The position numbers and the translations under genes are program-made. From Perkinsus chesapeaki ATCC PRA-425 (Eukaryota; Protista; Perkinsozoa): a stretch of DNA of 64,000 bases. The notes under the pieces were generated by a model that worked only from the letters and a program-made list of their open reading frames with translations, was not told the DNA's origin and ran no database searches. Below are positions 43,042 through 54,218 of this stretch, piece after piece; within the stretch, counting starts at the first letter, position 1, and each line of letters starts with the position of its first letter. Location of the stretch: positions 62,001-126,000 of the forward strand of contig JAAPAO010000008.1 of NCBI GenBank assembly GCA_013115145.1. Reading direction: 5' to 3'.

Positions 43042-46000
43042 ATGTTTGGCTTCAATCCTTCTATTGGTCTGAGTAAATATCGTCCAGGAGGGTCTTCTCC
43101 CATCCTAGGCCTTCAAGCGGCTCCCAATGGCCGTGTTCTATCGGTGATCACTCGAGGTGGGCGAGAGGTAAGCTTCAAAGGCTGCTCGTTGGGTTGTTAT
43201 GAAATGTGTCGCTAGGCACAGTTTTATGCTGCTGGTTATCAACAACAGCAGGCTCCGATGTACCGTCTACGTACGGCAGCCTCTATGCTGGGATCGACAC
43301 TACAGGAGGGCAATTCCAAACAGTCGGGCTCTGACTTGGATTCTGGCGACGAGAGCATGACCTTTACTGGGTACTATAGAAAAGATTCTTTTCGAGGTTG
43401 AATTCCGTCCCGTGTTTAGGCTGCATGCATGGTCCGGTGATTCGACTCGGGTATTTTTACAGTTGTCGACTCGGCATTTGGTTGCGGTCTTCCGAGTACG
43501 GTTCGGTGATGACGGTTTTAAAAAGGGGGCTGATTATGACTATGATGAGGCTGATACAGATTATGATGATGAAGGTGGGACAAAAAGGCATGTTAGGTGA
43601 TAATGGGGGGGACATGGGCACGGTGTGTGAGGCTCGGTCAGGTCTCATCAGCTGCGACAGCTTCCCTGTCATATTGAGCTTGAGTGTACGCTTAGTGTCC
43701 CTACGGAAAAGTTCTCACTCTTGCCTGGTGCTGGCAATCGACTTTTTATAGTATCATCACCGACAGAAGTATCATCAAGTAGCATGATTCTATTGCTGGA
43801 CACTGATAACTACAGGCAGCGTGCGCCCAAGGTCGACCTATCTGTACTAAAGCGAGGCCCAGGGGCCATCCTCGCCTTTGAAGAGTGTCGCTGTCTAAGC
43901 CAGATAGCGGACTCCTTCATAGCTGGCCATCCCGATAGCGGCCTCCGGAACCGTGTGGTAGCGACGTCTGCATCGGGAGGACCAAGCGGCGTTATTGCCG
44001 TCAGCGTAGTGATAGAGGGTACATCGGAAGTATGGCTGCTGCGAGACAGGCCAGTAGAGGGGAAAGGCGGTTGCGGATTGGGCCGAGTTCTCTCGGTATC
44101 GGGCAGTTGCAGCTGCGTCGCACTTTCCGGGGATTGCCTGGCTGTTGCCCTTACTGGTGGAGTTGTTGATCTTTATAATATACAGGATCCACAGGACACC
44201 CTAGAGCTAGCCCACCTGTGTCGGATAAAATCATCTGATCTCTTATCAACGACCGAAGAGCTCCCACCAAAGCTGCCAGTTAGCGGCCTGACGTGGGCCG
44301 GCGATCGGGTCCTATTGGTCCATACTGGGGTCGGCCTTGGTGCCGTCTCTGTGGATGGTGCCAGGCTTGGATGCTTTACTCATGGATGTGGCCCTGTTAA
44401 GTTCGCCGCCGGTAGCACAAGCTATCTTTGGGCATGTGTCGTGACCTTTAATGAGCCAGAGATTGCTAAGTTCCCCGCCGTGGTGGAGCATCCCTCCATG
44501 TTGACCGGTTATGGTGATGACGTCAGCTGTCCTTCAGTGCCGTTATTGGCATCTCATGAGCGAATGCTTTTGCCAAAGGCATCGTCTAGTACGTGGAAGG
44601 CAGTGCATTACCCTCACATGTACATGCGTACCAATTGGCCACCGCGTGTGTTCGCTGGTCGCCCCGGCCACTGGATCATGGTCTGTGGCGAGTTCGGCTT
44701 CGTGGTTTATAGTTACCTCAGGGATAAATGGAGGTTGTTTGGTGACGTGGCTCATGAGGGCTTGGTTGGTCGAGTTCGGGCAGCCTGCAGTCTAGGGCAA
44801 TACGGCGTAACTTTGAATAGCAGTGGCTTGTTGGTAGTCTGGGACATGGGTGCCAGGCTGGACTATTATACAGCAAAGCTGGCTAGTGTAGAGGCTGCAG
44901 ACGCTGCTGAGGTGAAGGCAATGGCGACATCTGAAGATTTCCAAGTGGTACTGGCAACCCTTACTGAGGCCACTTCATATCGCTATAATGGGCCGGGTGA
45001 TTTCACGGTCGGCAAGAGCGTCCGTTTGGATGCCCTGCCAAGTCCTTTAAGAGAAGTGCAGCTGTTCCGAGATGACAGCGGAGGCATGGTATTGCTGGCA
45101 CTCTTACGGAACGGTGAAGTATTCAGAGAGCAGGACAGTGGGTCGATGAAATTCGTAAGAGTGTGCGGCGGTGTTCGACGAATCTTCGTGTTCGAGCCTA
45201 CGGAGCGAAATCAGAAATCCCAACTGGAGATATCTAAGAGCTCGTCTACGGATGCGCCTGCTACTGGTGGATCGGAGGAAGATGCGTCTAGCTCTATTTC
45301 ACCGTTAACTTACAGAGGATTTGGCGGGCCTTTTATGATACCACAAACCGCGTCGTCTGTAGGAGAGAGCAGGCAGGGGAAGACGGGTAATAATAGGGGG
45401 CTTGAGTGGCGTGGATGGACTTCTGGGGGGCTTCGGCGTCAGGAGCCTCAGGGCCATTCAATCGGTCAATCAGTTAGTATAGATATTAATATATGGGAAA
45501 CCGAGAACTGATAGCATAATGGTGCAGTGTAGCGGATACTAGTAGCTATAAGATTTCACTGTATGGTTTACTTGTAGCATGTAGTAGTAGGAGTACTGTA
45601 ATAAGTTGTATAGGATGTTTATATAATATTAAACCAACATTCAGGAGTGCTCGTTCATGTTGGGTTACCTTTAGGTGTTGGACAATCTACATCAGACGAG
45701 ACCTCTGATGAGAGCCAATCGGTGGTAATGACAGGATACCGTTCTGTCCACCCGTTGCCAGCCCCGTCTCTGTCCCTTCCTATAGCCAGTCGTAATCAGA
45801 CCAATGAGGAGGCATCATCCTCCTCTCCTCGATTCGACCTGCCTATCAGCGGTCACGAGGACACAGCGAATGCAGCGGAGCTGTTTACACCATCTCATGT
45901 AAAGGTGGTCAACTACTCCAAAAGCAGCAAAGACTCGACGACATTGGGCAAGGTGGAGGTGCCACCTGATGAAAAATGCCCTTTCTGTAAGGATGTCTGT

Positions 46001-47379
46001 ACAGTGGACCTCGCTACTAGTTACTATGATAATAGCCCGAGGGCCGTCTCGGAGCTTGCTTCGGTACTGGATAGAGCCCAAGTGTGGATGGAAGATCAAG
46101 CTGGCTTGTCGCTGTGGATAAATGGCTCCTTCTTTGCCACCCGTATACCGATCGATTCACCGAGTGCCGCTGTACTTTGTGTATACCCTTCACAGGCATC
46201 TTTTCGAGTAGTGCTTCCCAAGCAGTCATGGAGCTTGGTAACTGCTCCTCTGTATCATACTCTACTCCATAGGCTTTGTAGTGCTCCTGGTAACCGTCTA
46301 CTTCGAACTGCTTATAATGTGTCGTGCACGGTGTATTCAGCCAAGGAGTTCAGAGTAGTCCTCGAGCTCCTCCTCCACGAGTCGATCGATGCCTGTGTAC
46401 CGATATTCCTACGACTTGATAAACTAGGGGTAACCGATGTCAATGCTGTCCATCATCACAGCCCAGTTAACATGCGTCTCCGTACATTACGGAATGCCTT
46501 GCATCTGGTCGGTCATTTCGGTCCTTCTGGGGTTGACTATTTGGTAGCGGCCTTGCGTAAAACAGAGCCTCATGTAAGCTTCCGCCACGTTCTTGGTATG
46601 ATGGATGAAGGAGGCTCAGAGAGGGTAGCGCCCGAACTATTCCGTAGCGCTTTAAAGGCCGGCAGACTCTATCAGGCTGCTGCACTACTACTTCTGGTAC
46701 AGTACTCCGCGGGCCCTGAGACTGCCAGGAAGGACTATGCGTTACCACTGTTAAAGGCGGCTTTAGACGCCGGCGAAAAGTCCCTTGCTGAGCAATGCAT
46801 TAGATTCTATTCGGCAATGGGAACGGACCGTCCTCCAGAAGTGGTGAGCTGCGTCCGCGAGTACTGTATCAAGTTGGTGGTCGATTGTAAATGGGTGGAC
46901 CTACTTAATTGCTTTGGCGCTGACGGCACCGCAAGAGAATTCCTGGAGGGGGTCCCCGAGCCCACAGTTGTCCAGTTCAACTCGGTGGTTCGGTCTTTCA
47001 GGGCTCTTATGATATGTGATAGAGAGCCTGGAGAGACCAAAGACAACGTTGGAATAGTGCAGATAGCAGCTGATGAAGGAAGTGATGATACTTCTACAGA
47101 GGGTGGAGGGTAGGTTGTCTCGCTGACGGCTGATGCTGATTTACTACTGTTGTCAGGTCACCATCAGATAACGCTGGTCTGCATGTATCGAGGCAGCTTT
47201 TCTTATTGTTTCTGTCTATTGGTTGGTCACGTCGTGTCCTAGCTATGTGTGTAGCATCGAGAGATCCTCGGTCATTGGCCTTTGCTATGGGCAGGGACCC
47301 GATGGTCAAGGAGATGTGTGCAGCTGAAGGAAGTGACGAATGTCGATCGCTGTTGCACGGTGCCCTAAGCTCTGTTTAA
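43042..47379 (+). CDS. RIC1: RIC1 (Rab6/Ypt6 GEF subunit): beta-propeller region plus C-terminal RIC1 domain
   Basis: C-terminal FRVVLELLLHE, YLVAALRKTE, LFRSALKAGRLYQAAALLLLVQ, LLKAALDAGEKSLAEQCIRF match RIC1-domain motifs (HxLELLLH, ARKTE, L.TAA.YL). The N-terminal region is beta-rich (HYPHMYMRTNWPPR, WRLFGD). Confidence 0.8.
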
Positions 47380-47501
47380 ATCGCTTTTTGAAAGCCTGTA
47401 TAATTCTGCATAGTTTCCCTTTGTGAAATAATGAGTTGCGTTGAAGTGCCTTAATCCTGGCTTCTACCCAGAAATTTCTGTTCTTACGTTCGCAGACCGC
47501 T

Positions 47502-50500
47502 ATGATCCGCTCCGGGATCGTTCTTTCCACGGAGCCTTCTTTTGGTGGGGTGTACGCTGATTCCGAGACGGAACGACCATCGTCACCTGCAAGTGGGCCA
47601 CAGATGGGTAACGGTCCTATAGGCTTGTATATCGCTATTAGTGTTCACCACGTAGGGCACATGGACAGTCGAAGTAGTATGGCGTCGATGTTGCGAGAAG
47701 CCAAGTCGAAGGACGTTTTATCACGATCTGAATTGCTGAGGATAACCAAGGCATATGAGGAGGCGGAGACGGAAACTAAAGACGTGAACGCTGGCGAGTA
47801 TCTTTTCCTTGGTAAGCTGATTGAAGGAAGTTATATTATTGTGTGGAAATACATTCGCATTAGGTAATTTCACAATGCAGTTTTGGAATGCATTTAATAA
47901 CTGGAACTTCCGTTATTGGGTATGCTTATTATTTGTTGGATTCGCCGTTTACACTGGTGAACATTTATCTACTTACTTCTTAACAAAAGCAGCAATCAGC
48001 CAGAACCAAGAGACAATGGGGCTATTTACATCTCCTTTTCATACGTGGATTGGATACTTCTACTTCATTATTGGTCCAGTAAGCTACACAGTATCAATCT
48101 CGTCGCAGTGTCTTTCTTTCAGCTGATGCTTTTCCTCGGTGGCGTCCTGTTGTTGCTCAACCCCTACGTCAAGCACACTCACACCATAGTAGCTTACTCT
48201 ATCATACTTACGCTCATTTGTGAATTTGTATGTGTCGTGGGAGATCCATACACATTCACATGCACGAGGGCTATGCCAATTCCTATGGTGCTATTCCTGG
48301 CCTGCATGAGCTCGAGACTTTTCCCCAGTGTCAGCTTCCTAGCAGTGGCACTCTATATGGGAGGTAAGCGTCACCTCCTCTGACGCATTTCCAGCTTGGA
48401 GGACTCTCACAGGTATACCCTTTCAGGTACGGACATTGCCCTAATAGTGTACTCCTCTTCTGGTGAGTATACGGCCCCCTATATTATGATGATATGGGCC
48501 GGTGTTCTATGTCATTGGTTTGTAAGCTCAACAATATCCTTCCCATATCTTTTATTATTCCTTTTCATTAGGTATTCGGTCTGTGTCTGGTTGGTAGCGG
48601 TAATCTGCTCCGTGCCCAATCTGATCTATTCTCCCTTATGATGGATAGATTACAGTTTAAAGAGAGAGATGACGGTGCTTATGATTTGGGAATACATGTA
48701 GGTCTCGTGGCCTGATTGATATATGTTAATTTCGGAGGCTTATCGGGTGAACTGCCTTTTTTCATCTTAGGCTGTCAGCCAACCTATGTTGAAGTACTTC
48801 GAAGATAATTATAAAGCAGCTTATGCAAAGTGTTTCAGAAGCAAAGTGGACGAGAAAGAGTAGGACTCACTGCAGGGCTTCATATCTGCAGCTAGCTGCT
48901 CGCAAACTTCGGTCATTGTTCCATAACCTTCCTGTTGGGGAATTTCTCATACCTCAACATCTATCGTTCCTTTCCTCTCTTTTATTAGTACCTAGCCTTG
49001 CTGCTGTAATGCTCCTACTTATTCAGATACAGTCTATGGGCTAGGTCCCGTCAAACATTCTGGATAACCCGACATATGAGATGGGCCATCGTAGGCGTTG
49101 TCTTGTAAGATATGGCTCTTCTAATTGGCCTCATATGTTATCCGTAGGTTGATCGCTGCTATGATATTCGTAGCGGCTGATTTTCATGAAGGTCCTAATG
49201 GCAACGCTGCTGGTCCAGTAGCAGGAGTTGTGGTAGGCACTTTCGGCAAGCTGTAATTCCCATTGATCATCCTGATCTTCGTTCAGGTACAAGTCTTGAG
49301 CGCGTTGGTCTTACTCATCGCAGTGTGTCTGTGTGTGATATCATTCGGGAAGCCTCGTCTTCTATTATCTGCCTCTGTACTGTTCTTTGTATCGGCTGCT
49401 ATGTTCTCCTGTGTATATATCTATAACTATGGTAGAGCATTCCAGGCGGTAAGCTCTTTGTGCATCGTGTCACAAGGCGATTTTGTTTTAATATCAGTGG
49501 AAAGACGATGCCCCCGACGTCACGCACTATGGCCCAGTCATGACCCGTATGGTGTGGGCAACCGATCCTGTAAGCTCCTTATCAGCCACTAATTGCAATT
49601 CTTTACCGTAGGGCCTGTTTACCATAATAGCAACTCATGTGACCATGTCGGATATTGGCGCCCTACCGCTGCTCTTCATCGATGTATTCGTTACCACTGG
49701 CGTCATTCTGAGGTGAGACTCGTGTAGCTTTAGGAAGCTGTGCAATAATATGGCGGTTCTGTGCGGATATGGGTCGATTGGGTTTCTCTCAGTTCTGAAT
49801 TCTGGTTGGAGCATCCCTCCAGCTTGTTGTCGATGGCCGACTTAGTCAACTATCTCATTATCATTGCAGCCGGTAGGCCTCGTGAAAAGCACATCGCTTG
49901 AATATATGCGGTTATCTTCTTTCAGCGTTCTTGTATACATTAAATCTTGAAAGCCATTGGCGCTTACTGTGGGCTATGTCCCGTGATAGAGTGCCAACAT
50001 CTCCAGATACGTATGTATCTGTAGAAGGATGTGCCACTGAATTCAGTACCAAAACTATGTACTATTTCCGAGTCCATCAAGGAGGAAGTAGATATTCGTT
50101 GCCACTTAAGCTACACCGGTTCCTGGGATAGGTTCATATTTATCATTACAGTCTACCCAGAAGTTGAGGGATATACTCGTGAAAGATGCGGAGCAAGAGC
50201 CTCACGAGTGGCAACAGTAAAGTCTAGAGGCATGTCGCAGGAATAGCTAGGTCGGTCCTGCAGATATATATGCCTAAGTTTTGATAACCTTGATCATGCT
50301 GGTGAAGGTGTTATTGAGACTAGAATGCATAGATTACAAGTTGTTATTAATGGTATTGTTAATCGTCGTCCAGATCTGGTAAGTGTATAATAATAATGAT
50401 TAATCATTCCTTTAATAGGTATCAAAGATGTTTCCTCGTCCTGAGGGTAATCATGTACCTAGAATGAATATTACTCTTATTGATGTTGGCAGTCGTGGTG

Positions 50501-53500
50501 ATGTCGAACCATATATTGCCATTTCCAAGGTATAAATCTCACGTTCTTCTTCGAATGGAAGTGTTGGATCTGTCTCAGGAACTGAACGCAATGGGTCATC
50601 ATTGTCGTCTCTGCACGCATGAGAAATTCCGAAACGTTATTGAGAAGAACGGTATAGAGTTTTTCCCAATGGCACTCGATGCCCCCGGCCACTGGCAGCC
50701 TGAGACGTTGATGAAGTAAGTATACTTCGAATAGTCGGCACCAGTTGTCTATATTTAGGATTGCCTCTGAGAGCCCCTCGTGGAATCCGGGATTCCTTGT
50801 CAGCCCTCATGACATGAATTTTGTGCTTCACAATACGTCGTTGATGAAACAGTCTGTTCGCGAGCTTTTCTTCTTCCCTGGATGGGAGAAGGGCGACGTT
50901 GGAGCATGGGGCGCCGTTAAGAGTGAGAATCCGGTTGGTGGATTCGCTTCAACTTCACTCGCCACGATATTGCTTTTGGACTGGTCTTTGTGGTTTTAGG
51001 CGCTCCTGAAAAGCGATGGGTTACTCATGCTATGATATCTAATCCCCCCGCTTACGTTCACGTACACATTGCCGAGCGCCTAGGCGTGCCCCTTCATATG
51101 TACTTAATGAAGAAGATGGTATAACTAGTAGAACTGGACTCTATAGGTTCTTCCCAATGCCATGGTCAAGAACGAAACTATTGGGGCATCCAATGAGTTC
51201 GAAGGAGCTTAACGATAATCCTTATTGGCGAGAGCTCAGCTACAGTTGGTTCGATCAGGTATACGTGATGCATTAAGTGCTTGTCGTTTACTTCGTATAT
51301 TTCAGATGCAATGGCACGGAATGTCCGCTGCGGTGAATAAGTACCGTAAGAAAGTTTTACACATCCCTAAGATCGGCATGTGGCACAGTGCTGGATCCCT
51401 ATTAGAAGAATGGGGTGTAAGTGTGAATATTGTCAATCACGTCTCATTCTTGCATAGGGGCTGTATTACGATAGGTGTTGTTGTTTTAGGTACCATTCTC
51501 ATACTGCTTCTCACCGTCACTCTTCCCAAAGCCGCCAGATTGGGGCCCGAATATCGAGATCACCGGTGTATGCTCCAATGGAAGTAGACAGTCATTCCGT
51601 GACGCTTGAGGCGTTCAGGGATCTTATCAGGTATAGAGAATACAACATACAATCCTCCGGCGGATCTTGCCAACTTCTTAAGCAACGGACCTAAGCCCTT
51701 CTATATTGGCTTTGGCAGTATTAGTGGTGATCTCACTTACATGTAAGGCCTAATTATGTGGCGCAGTGACGCTAAATGCTACTGTTCAGATATAAACCGA
51801 TCTTGCAAGCCGTCAAGAAAATGCCCAATTTGAGGGTTATAGTCCAGAAAGGTTGGTGCGACCTCAACGGCGTCTCCGCTGAGGACTTCACATCCATACC
51901 AGGTATCTAGCGCATCTCCTATCCGTGGTTACATTTGCCTTCAGATTTCCAAAAAAGAGTGTTCCTAATCGCTGCTCCACCCGAGCGCTGTCCTAAGTGC
52001 CGTAGACCCAGGGCTTCATTCACGCAGTAAGCTTCTTTTCTATTGTGAAAATACGGCAGCGCTTGGGCAATTTCGAAGGCAGCTAGTTTCGTGGAAGTGG
52101 TGAGTGATGATCTCTCATTTGTCAGTAATGGTTTATTCTGTGATGAATGTGATGGTTCATCAATAGAGGATGCTGAAGGGACGTGGGAATACGATATGTT
52201 GAAAGCATTAGGATCTGATAATATATCCTTCTTATCTGGTATTTATATTAATATTATATAATAATAAATACTTCCCTCCAACAGGTATACCACATGATTG
52301 GCTATTCCCTAAATGTTGTGCTGTAATGCATCATGGCGGTGCTGGTACCACTGCTATGGGTTTGGACTTCGGCCTTCCTACCTGTATTATTGCATTCTTT
52401 GGAGACCAATGGATCTGGGGTGAGAGCTGCTGGCGCGATCCTTTCCCGTATATAATCAAGCCCTACTGTAGCGTTTCTCAACATGTTCGTCCTAGGTGGC
52501 CTGGTTGAACTACAAGGAGCTGGTAAATTCCTTAGGAGGGATAGGGTCAACTCAGAGAACATGAAGGCCTCTCTGGAATTTGCCCTCACTGATGGAGCTC
52601 GGGCGGCTGCCAAGAGATTGCAAGGAGAGTTCAAGGTGAGCGGATATCTGCACTTCTTGGCTGCTTCGTAGCATTCTACTGTATTGTTAGGATGAGCGAG
52701 ATCGAGGTATGGGTGCTCATGAAGCAGCTCTTAGTTTCCAACGTCAATTACCATTAGAGCTAGTTACTTGTGAATTATGTAGAGTAATGGCTCGATGGGA
52801 ACCAGATATGTCATATAGGCCAAGAGCAGCTGAATATCGTGATACAGTTAGAGATATTGGTTTATGTAATATAATATTATTAACCATAATAATATATTAG
52901 TTATATTCAGGTCCGGTATGTGCTGTTACATTAGCTGAATCTGAAGGATTAGTAGTAGCACCATTCCGAACAGCTGATTGGGGCAGGACCAGAGGAGGCA
53001 TCCTTTATGTTCATTTCGTAAGTAGACGAGTGTGTCTTCTTGTATTTAACTCTACGTCAGGTAAGAGCGCTGAAAGCTTCTACTAGGCTTTTTAAACGCA
53101 TGGTTCAAGGCGGTCAGACAGGAGGAGTATACGGCTTCTTCATTGGTAGTCTTTCCCCGATTTGCGATTTCCTTTCGCAATCGACAATCAGGTGTCATGG
53201 CGGGCATACTAGAGTTCATTGTATTCATTGTATGTGCGCCATTCGTGTTTGTACGTGATAGCTGGAGAGTAGCCACTCAGCTGGCACAGGGGACAGCAGG
53301 TGATGTAGTTCGCCTGTGCGCATTTAGTTCAGCCAATGCTTGTGGTTCAGACGGTCGTCAGCTTGGTGGCCGTGACACGAAGACAGCTGATGCGGAACTG
53401 CTTAACGGACTGGTAAGTGGAGCTAGGGGTTTGTGGGAGATCCGCTCGTGTGGCAGGTATTAATCGATGATAAGAATTATGGTGATGTCCGCGCGGTTCC

Positions 53501-53834
53501 AGCTAGCACGTTAGAGAGCGACGATAAAGAACTTGACGAGGAGGAGTTTGCCTTCTTGCTTCACCGAACTGAGAGGGCGCTTTCGGAGCTGGAAAATAAG
53601 TAGGCTGTATCTTACTGACGCGTGACTTATCGGTGTTACTTGCTTAGCCGGTCGCGTGTACATAGAATGACAGAGGCAGTTTGTCAACTGTTTGAACGTC
53701 GTGGTGTGGGTATGGAATTCACAGCGAAGACTGCCTATCAAGAGCCCTTATTGAATCCAGGGGATAAAGTCCTTGCGGAAGAGGAATCAAAAGTGACTGA
53801 TAATAGAACTAAAGTCACCATAAGGGGAGCATAG
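47502..53834 (+). CDS. Multi-pass membrane domain + PX-like + ATG26/UGT80-type sterol 3-beta-glucosyltransferase fusion, copy 1
   Basis: In-phase GT-AG joins link hydrophobic exons to PRMNITLIDVGSRGDVEPY, FPMPWSRT, PPADLANFLSNGPKPFYIGFGS, GIPHDWLFPKCCAVMHHGGAGTTA, FFGDQWIWG and GAHEAALSFQRQLPLE. One short exon near 48.9-49.0 kb could not be placed unambiguously. Confidence 0.8.
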
Positions 53835-54218
53835 GTGAACTATCGACGGATGAGCTGGGGATTCCTTTGTGTTAGCTGTCCCCTTTCTAGGTGATCTGGA
53901 CGATATATAACGTGTTATGATTCATGCTTGGGGCGTGTGGTTGATGAGCTCTCCCTGTACAGCATATCATATTTGCAGGCATTAAATCCGAGCTGTATCA
54001 TAGCCACTGTAGAAATGCTTCGAAGTTTTCGCTCTTTTCGTACTTCCACGATCCTAAGTTCAGTCTCGGATCCTGAGTCAGTTAATTTATTTCTTCCCAA
54101 TATGCTTACTTTTCACTTTCCACCTTCCATAACTCCATGGTGTTGTGTGGTATCCCTAACTTGGCATTCTTAACCTTCAGTATTCCATTCGAATCAACAA
54201 CCGTCTCGGGTCAACACA

